Positions 1 to 25,683 of a DNA stretch of 25,683 nucleotides are shown here, in pieces; position 1 is the first letter of the stretch, and every line of letters begins with the position of its first letter. The DNA lies in NCBI GenBank assembly GCA_030141605.1, contig JAQGDQ010001781.1:1-25683 (forward strand), written 5' to 3'. A program made the translations under genes and the position numbers. Origin of the DNA: Tubiluchus corallicola (Eukaryota > Animalia > Priapulida). A model generated the notes under the pieces. It was not told the origin of the DNA. It was given only the letters and a program-made list of their open reading frames with translations, and searched no databases.

Positions 1-1437
1 GTTTTCCACTGTTACCACATATGTTAAAGTCTCTCCTGCACTTGCTATGCCGTCTACTCCTGCATCTACTGATTTACTTGTTACTATTTCTCCCTCTGTT
101 GGAGTTATAGTACAATTTGGATCTGGCTCTACACATACTGTTGGTGGGTCCACTGGGGGATCTGTTGGAGTGCCATTAGTTATTGCATTTACTATTTCTG
201 TTACTCCTGCTACTAATGGATCGCTCATTGTTACTGTATAAGTTAATTCTAGAATTTCTCCTGATTCTACTACATCTATTATGCCACCTGTTGCTGTTCC
301 ACTTAAGCTTGCATCATGACTTAAATCACTTTCACTTAGCTCACTTATTACTGATTTATTTGCTATTCCTAAGGCATTTAATTCCGCTATACTTAGTGAA
401 TACAAGCTATCTTTTATTTCTACATTAGCTACATTACTTCCACCTGTGTTTTCCACTCTTATTGTATAAACTAATGTTTTCCCTGCACTTGCTACATTAT
501 CTACTCCTGCATCTACTGATTTACTCGTTACTATTTCCCCTGCTGTTGGAGTTATAGTACAATTTGTATCTGGCTCTATACATACTGTTGGTGGATCCAC
601 TGGTGGATCTGTTGGAGTGCCATTAGTTATTGCATTTATTATTTCTGTTACTCCTGCTACTAATGGATCGCTCATTGTTATATTGTAAGTTAATTCTATT
701 GTTTCTCCAGGTTCCACTACATCTATTATTGCTCCTGTTCCTGTTTGGCTTACATTTGCATCATGACTTAAATCACTTTCACTTAGCTCACTTATTACTG
801 ATTTACTTGCTATTCCTAAGGCATTTAATTCTGCTACACTTAGTGAATACAAGCTATCTTTTATTTCTACATTAGCTACATTACTTCCACCTGTGTTTTC
901 CACTGTTACCACATAAGTTAAAGTCTCTCCTGCACTTGCTATGCCGTCTACTCCTGCATCTACTGATTTACTTGTTACTATTTCTCCCTCTGTTGGAGTT
1001 ATAGTACAATTTGGATCTGGTTCCACACATACTGTTGGTGGGTCCACTGGGGGATCTGTTGGAGTGCCATTAGTTATTGCATTTATTATTTCTGTTACTC
1101 CTGCTACTAATGGATCGCTCATTGTTACTGTATAAGTTAATTCTAGAATTTCTCCTGATTCTACTACATCTATTATGCCACCTGTTGCTGTTCCACTTAA
1201 GCTTGCATCATGGGTTAAATCACTTTCACTTAGCTCACCTATTACTGATTTACTTGCTATCCCTAATGCATTTAGTTCTGCTACACTTAGTGAATATAAG
1301 CTATCTTTTATTTCTACATCTGATACACTAGTTCCACCTGTGTTTTCCACTGTTATCACATAAGTTAAAGTTTCCCCTGCACTGGCTATGCCGTCTACTC
1401 CTGCATCTACTGATTTACTTGTTACTATTTCTCCCTC
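1..1437 (-). repeat. 447-bp (149-aa) intragenic coding tandem repeat, 3 full units plus a partial one
   Basis: atgccgtctactcctgcatc recurs at 47, 941 and 1388, with a variant at ~494; spacing is 447 bp. Units are ~991-1437, 544-990, 97-543 and 1-96 (partial). Confidence 0.95.
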
Positions 1438-3261
1438 TGAAGGTGTAGTTTCTGTACTACAAGTTGCCACATCTAAACATGCTGTATTTGCTATATCTCC
1501 TCTTGCATTTAATTCTGTTGTTGCCACTAAGGTATATACTACACTTCCTCCTACTATTAATTCTGCATCTGTTATTGCTAAATCTGTATCTGCAATTGGC
1601 AAAGTCCCACATGAACTTCCTGCACTTGCTACACATGTCCATGTCCAGCTTGTAAATGCATTTCCTGTACTTCCATCTAAATAACTTGTTATTACACCAC
1701 TCACTATATCACTTATTTCTATCCCTGTTACATCTCCTAAGCCTGTATTACTTACTACTATATCATAACTTATTGTATTTCCTGGAGTATATGCTACAGT
1801 TCCTGTACTTTTTAATATTTCTATTAATGGTTCTACTATTTCCACTTGATAATCTTCTACTTCTCCATCTATTGAGCTACCTATTGCTGATAAGCCTGTT
1901 TCACTACTAAATCTAAATCTTGCATAAGTTATTCCTAGTGTTGAAGTTGTTGGTATCGGTACATTCAATATATTTGTTCCTGCTGTTAAAGCTAAATCTG
2001 TTGCTATTTCTTCTCCTACATCAAATGTCCTATTTCCATCAAAGTCTAACCATGCATTTAATGTGCCATCTACTGATGCTTCTATATCTAAGCTTATTAT
2101 CTCTCCTTGTGTTAAATATTCTCCTTGTAAAGAGTTTCCTCCTACTTGGATTCCATCATCAAATGTATCGTCACTGGCATCACTATTATCATCTATTCCA
2201 TCTTGCCAATCTCCTGTATCTGCACTTACATCCACTCCTAAATAAGTTATATTATCTATTGTATGATCTGCACTCCCATAGCTTACTGGTGCATCTCCAT
2301 AATCCTTCCCTAATAGCTCTATTACATAATCTTCTACTTCTCCATCACCTGCAGCGCTATAATAGGTTACTATTTCTGCAGCATTAGTTGCATAACGTAC
2401 TCTAAATGGTATATTTCCATCAGAAAAACTTGAAAGATCTATGGCTATGGTATTTATACCTGATGTTACAGCTTGCCCTGTTACCAACACATCTTCTGTA
2501 TCATCAAAATCTCCATCAAGATTTGAATCCCCCCATACACTTACAAAACCATCTTGGCTTGCTGTTATGTCTATACTTGTCAATACTCCTACTATTGTAT
2601 TTGAAAAATCTACTCCATCTTCATCATCTATATTATCGCTATTATCTCCAGTTGCATCTGCTGTTGGAATACCATTGTCTTCTCCATCTAGTGATGTCCC
2701 TAAAAATACATTACTATCAATACCATGTCTTGCTCCCCCTACAATTGTTCCTACCGGAAATTCATAAGAAAGTGTAGTTCCATAGGTATCTGGTAAATCT
2801 CCGTAATCTACTTCAACATCTGCTAATGCACATCTTGCTCCGTCATTGGTCGTTGCAGCCGGACCTTGTACAAAAAACTCTGTTTTAGATTCATCATAGT
2901 CTGTTCCAGGGTTACTACTTAAATCAATACGGTATATTTTTCCACTAAGATTATCTCCTACGTAGAAATATCCTTGTGCATCAAAATATGTGGCCCCAAA
3001 TTGAGTACCAGATACATTTGTTGGGCCTAAGTTAACTACGATACCTGTAGAAGGATCTGTTTGAGTTAGATTTCTTGAATTAGTGACGCTATATAACATT
3101 CCATCGACTGGATGAAATGACCAGTCAGAGCCTACCCCTGCCCCTGTCAATGTAAGAGTATTTATTAAAGTTAAGAAGGTCGCTGAGCTTGGATCTACAT
3201 CGATAACATATATTGTTCTGCTTGGGTCAATACTTGAAGTAACATAGAGCTCTCCATCAAG
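1..3261 (-). CDS. Partial giant bacterial surface/adhesin-like repeat protein (DUF6923-like region, 2x GEVED modules, DUF11 domain, tandem 149-aa DUF11-like repeats); open at both ends
   Basis: Manual minus-strand translation gives an uninterrupted frame from 3261 to 1 (1087 codons): LDGELYVTSS...DWSFHPVDGMLYSV...FGATYFDAQGYFYVGDNLSGKIYRIDL...TNDGARCA, DYGDLPDTYGT...DDEDGV...WGDSNLDGDFDD...DGEVEDY, DYGDAPVSYG...NAWLDFDGNRTFD...YARFRFSS...DGEVEDY, YTPGNTISYDIVVSNTG...AFTSWTWTC, then repeats EGEIVTSKSVDAGVDGIASAGETLTYVVTVENTGG. No introns; strong A-ending codon bias (GGA, ACA, GTA, ATA). Domain names are from motif recall, not a search. Confidence 0.9.
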
Positions 3262-3306
3262 AGCAATACGTAACTTTCAATGTACTTCGTTCAGTTACGT
3301 ATTGCT
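3262..3306. other. Oxford Nanopore ligation-adapter remnants, end adapter followed by start adapter (chimeric junction)
   Basis: AGCAATACGTAACT (3262-3275) + TTC + AATGTACTTCGTTCAGTTACGTATTGCT (3279-3306). The latter is the well-known ONT ligation Y-adapter top-strand sequence and the former is the start of its reverse complement. It lies exactly where the bacterial ORF breaks and animal sequence begins. Confidence 0.96.
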
Positions 3307-3797
3307 TGATGGTAAGCTGGTGTCTGCTGGGCAGCATGAATGCAGTGAAGGCAAGCTGTGATGAAGTAAGCTAGTGCCTGCTGGGCAGTGTGAATGCTGT
3401 GAAGGCAAGCTGTGATGAAGTAAGCTAGTGTCTGCTGGGCAGTGTGAATGCTGTGAAGGCAAGCTTTGATGAAGTAAGCTAGTGTCTGCTGGGCAGCGTG
3501 AGTGCAGTGAAGGCAAGCTGTGATGAAGTAAGCTAGTGTCTGCTGGGCAGCGTGAATGCAGTGAAGGCAAGCTGTGATGAAGTAAGCTAGTGCCTGCTGG
3601 GCAGTGTGAATGCTGTGAAGGCAAGCTGTGATGAAGTAAGCTAGTGTCTGCTGGGCAGTGTGAATGCAGTGAAGGCAAGCTGTGATGAAGTAAGCTAGTG
3701 TCTGCTGGGCAGTGTGAATGCTGTGAAGGTAAGCTGTGATGAAGTAAGCTAGTGTCTGCTGGGCAGTGTGAATGCAGTGAAGGCAAGCTGTGATGAA
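3307..3797. repeat. 54-bp minisatellite, ~9 copies, cut at its left end by the adapter
   Basis: Unit gatgaagtaagctagtgtctgctgggcagtgtgaatgc(t/a)gtgaaggcaagctgt; atgaag at 3361, 3415, etc.; 18-aa periodicity in the ORF track. Confidence 0.95.
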
Positions 3798-4430
3798 GAT
3801 ACGCGTTGAGAAATTTCTACAGTTCACTCAGAAGTTCAGTTACTCTAGCGTTGTGTTTAACTGTGTTTATGTAAAAATTAGTCATTTGATCAATTATGAA
3901 CAAGATTATAGTGGTTACATAGCTTTAACCCACAGGATTATTCCGTAAAATGTGTAAGTAGTATACATTAATTGCGTAAATGTAAACTATTGTTGACTTT
4001 CAGATACATGTAAACTTGTGAGCATACAGTAGGTACCGGGTGGGTTACTTAGTTTATAGAGTTATATGACTCTATAAGTCAAAAAAGATTGCTGATGCAC
4101 CTGGCAGAATAACAGTTTATATCACACGGTAACCAGATGACGCCATTGTTCACTAAAATGAGAGCGCCCAAGCGTGAAGTGATCGCGATTTTAAATTGAA
4201 ATTATTAATTACACGAGGCGCTTATCACAATTTCATTGCTGAAACTTTCTAACATTTTCCTCAAATATTAGAATAAGCTCAACTTCCCGAGAGGCTTGAC
4301 TTTTCCTTTAACAGGCAAAACTCCTTTCATCTCGGTTCAGTCTGCTAAGATGTGTTTCCCTCAAATCAACTAATAACTGCATTCTTAGTTTTTATTTCAC
4401 CGTAAACAGAAAATACTTTGATAAATTCAC

Positions 4431-25187
<20,757 letters not shown>

Positions 25188-25498
25188 CTGAAAAAAAGAA
25201 ATTAAAATCATTTGAAAAAAATTACATTTACTAGCAAAGAAGCATACGGTCATTCAAACTGCAGTTATTCTAAAAAACCAGTATGCAAAGCCAAGCATTT
25301 ATTACTTGTAGTATACTACCAGATAATTCTTTGTGGTGTGTTAAAAATCTCTGTATCTAAAGACTAACCAACAACTTGTGGTGTACCAATACTCTCAGAA
25401 AGAAATGAGAATTAATCTTCATAATAACACAATTAAAATCGGCTTAGGACAGCCCATTTGCCAGCACTCACCAAAGTATAGCAGCATCAGTGCTAATA

Positions 25499-25683
25499 TT
25501 TTTATCGGGTTCACATGACAGTGGGCTTATACAAGCCTTTGCTTCTCTAGCCCACTGCAGTACAATTATTCTTTTATGATAACGATAGTGTATGAAATAT
25601 AACAATTTAATACAGTATGATGTAATAATTTTGATGTCACTGTTTGCTTTATATTGTACTGAATGTGATAATAATAAACTAAA
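25499..25683 (+). repeat. Right arm of the inverted pair; runs off the window edge
   Basis: tttttatcgggttcacatgacagtgggcttatacaagcctttgcttctctagcccactgcagtacaatta...aataaactaaa. Confidence 0.85.

Noticed and set aside
47-2777. Plus-strand Leu/His-rich and Ser/Pro-rich ORFs in the track
   Set aside because: Antisense shadows of the biased-codon minus-strand CDS.
1-3306. Horizontal transfer of a bacterial adhesin gene into an animal WDR36 intron
   Set aside because: The junction consists of Nanopore adapter sequence, and both partners are cut mid-structure with no decay of the bacterial frame.
3262-3306. Hairpin/terminator or transposon end (AGCAATACGTAACT ... AGTTACGTATTGCT inverted repeat)
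   Set aside because: The inverted repeat is simply the two complementary adapter strands.
3291-3827. 178-aa and 163-aa repeat ORFs
   Set aside because: Products of a stop-free 54-bp minisatellite; they end inside the adapter.
4055-4078. Short hairpin ttatagagttatatgactctataa (possible Helitron end)
   Set aside because: AT-rich, no CTRR terminus at the expected distance and no clear second copy.

Overview
The window is a chimera of two unrelated DNAs joined at back-to-back Oxford Nanopore ligation-adapter sequences (3262-3306). Positions 1-3261 are an intron-free, low-GC, bacterial-type reading frame on the minus strand: 1087 codons, open at both ends and missing from the ORF track. It encodes part of a giant surface/adhesin-like protein with a DUF6923-like region, two DYGD..GEVED modules, a DUF11 domain and 149-aa tandem DUF11-like repeats. 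Positions 3307-25683 are animal (probably invertebrate) genomic DNA carrying 15 consecutive phase-compatible GT-AG exons (1992 nt, 664 codons) of WDR36/UTP21 on the minus strand. The first exon lies beyond the right edge, and the 3' exons are lost at the adapter junction. The introns hold a defective THAP/P-element-like transposon with 53-bp TIRs, several MITEs, LINE-like 3' ends, a Penelope-type hammerhead-like motif and many minisatellites. Several minisatellites are amplifications of functional motifs: a splice donor, a transposon terminus and a stem-loop. The apparent bacterium-to-animal gene transfer is best explained as a sequencing/assembly artefact. I see no convincing wholly new biological system, but several items merit follow-up.
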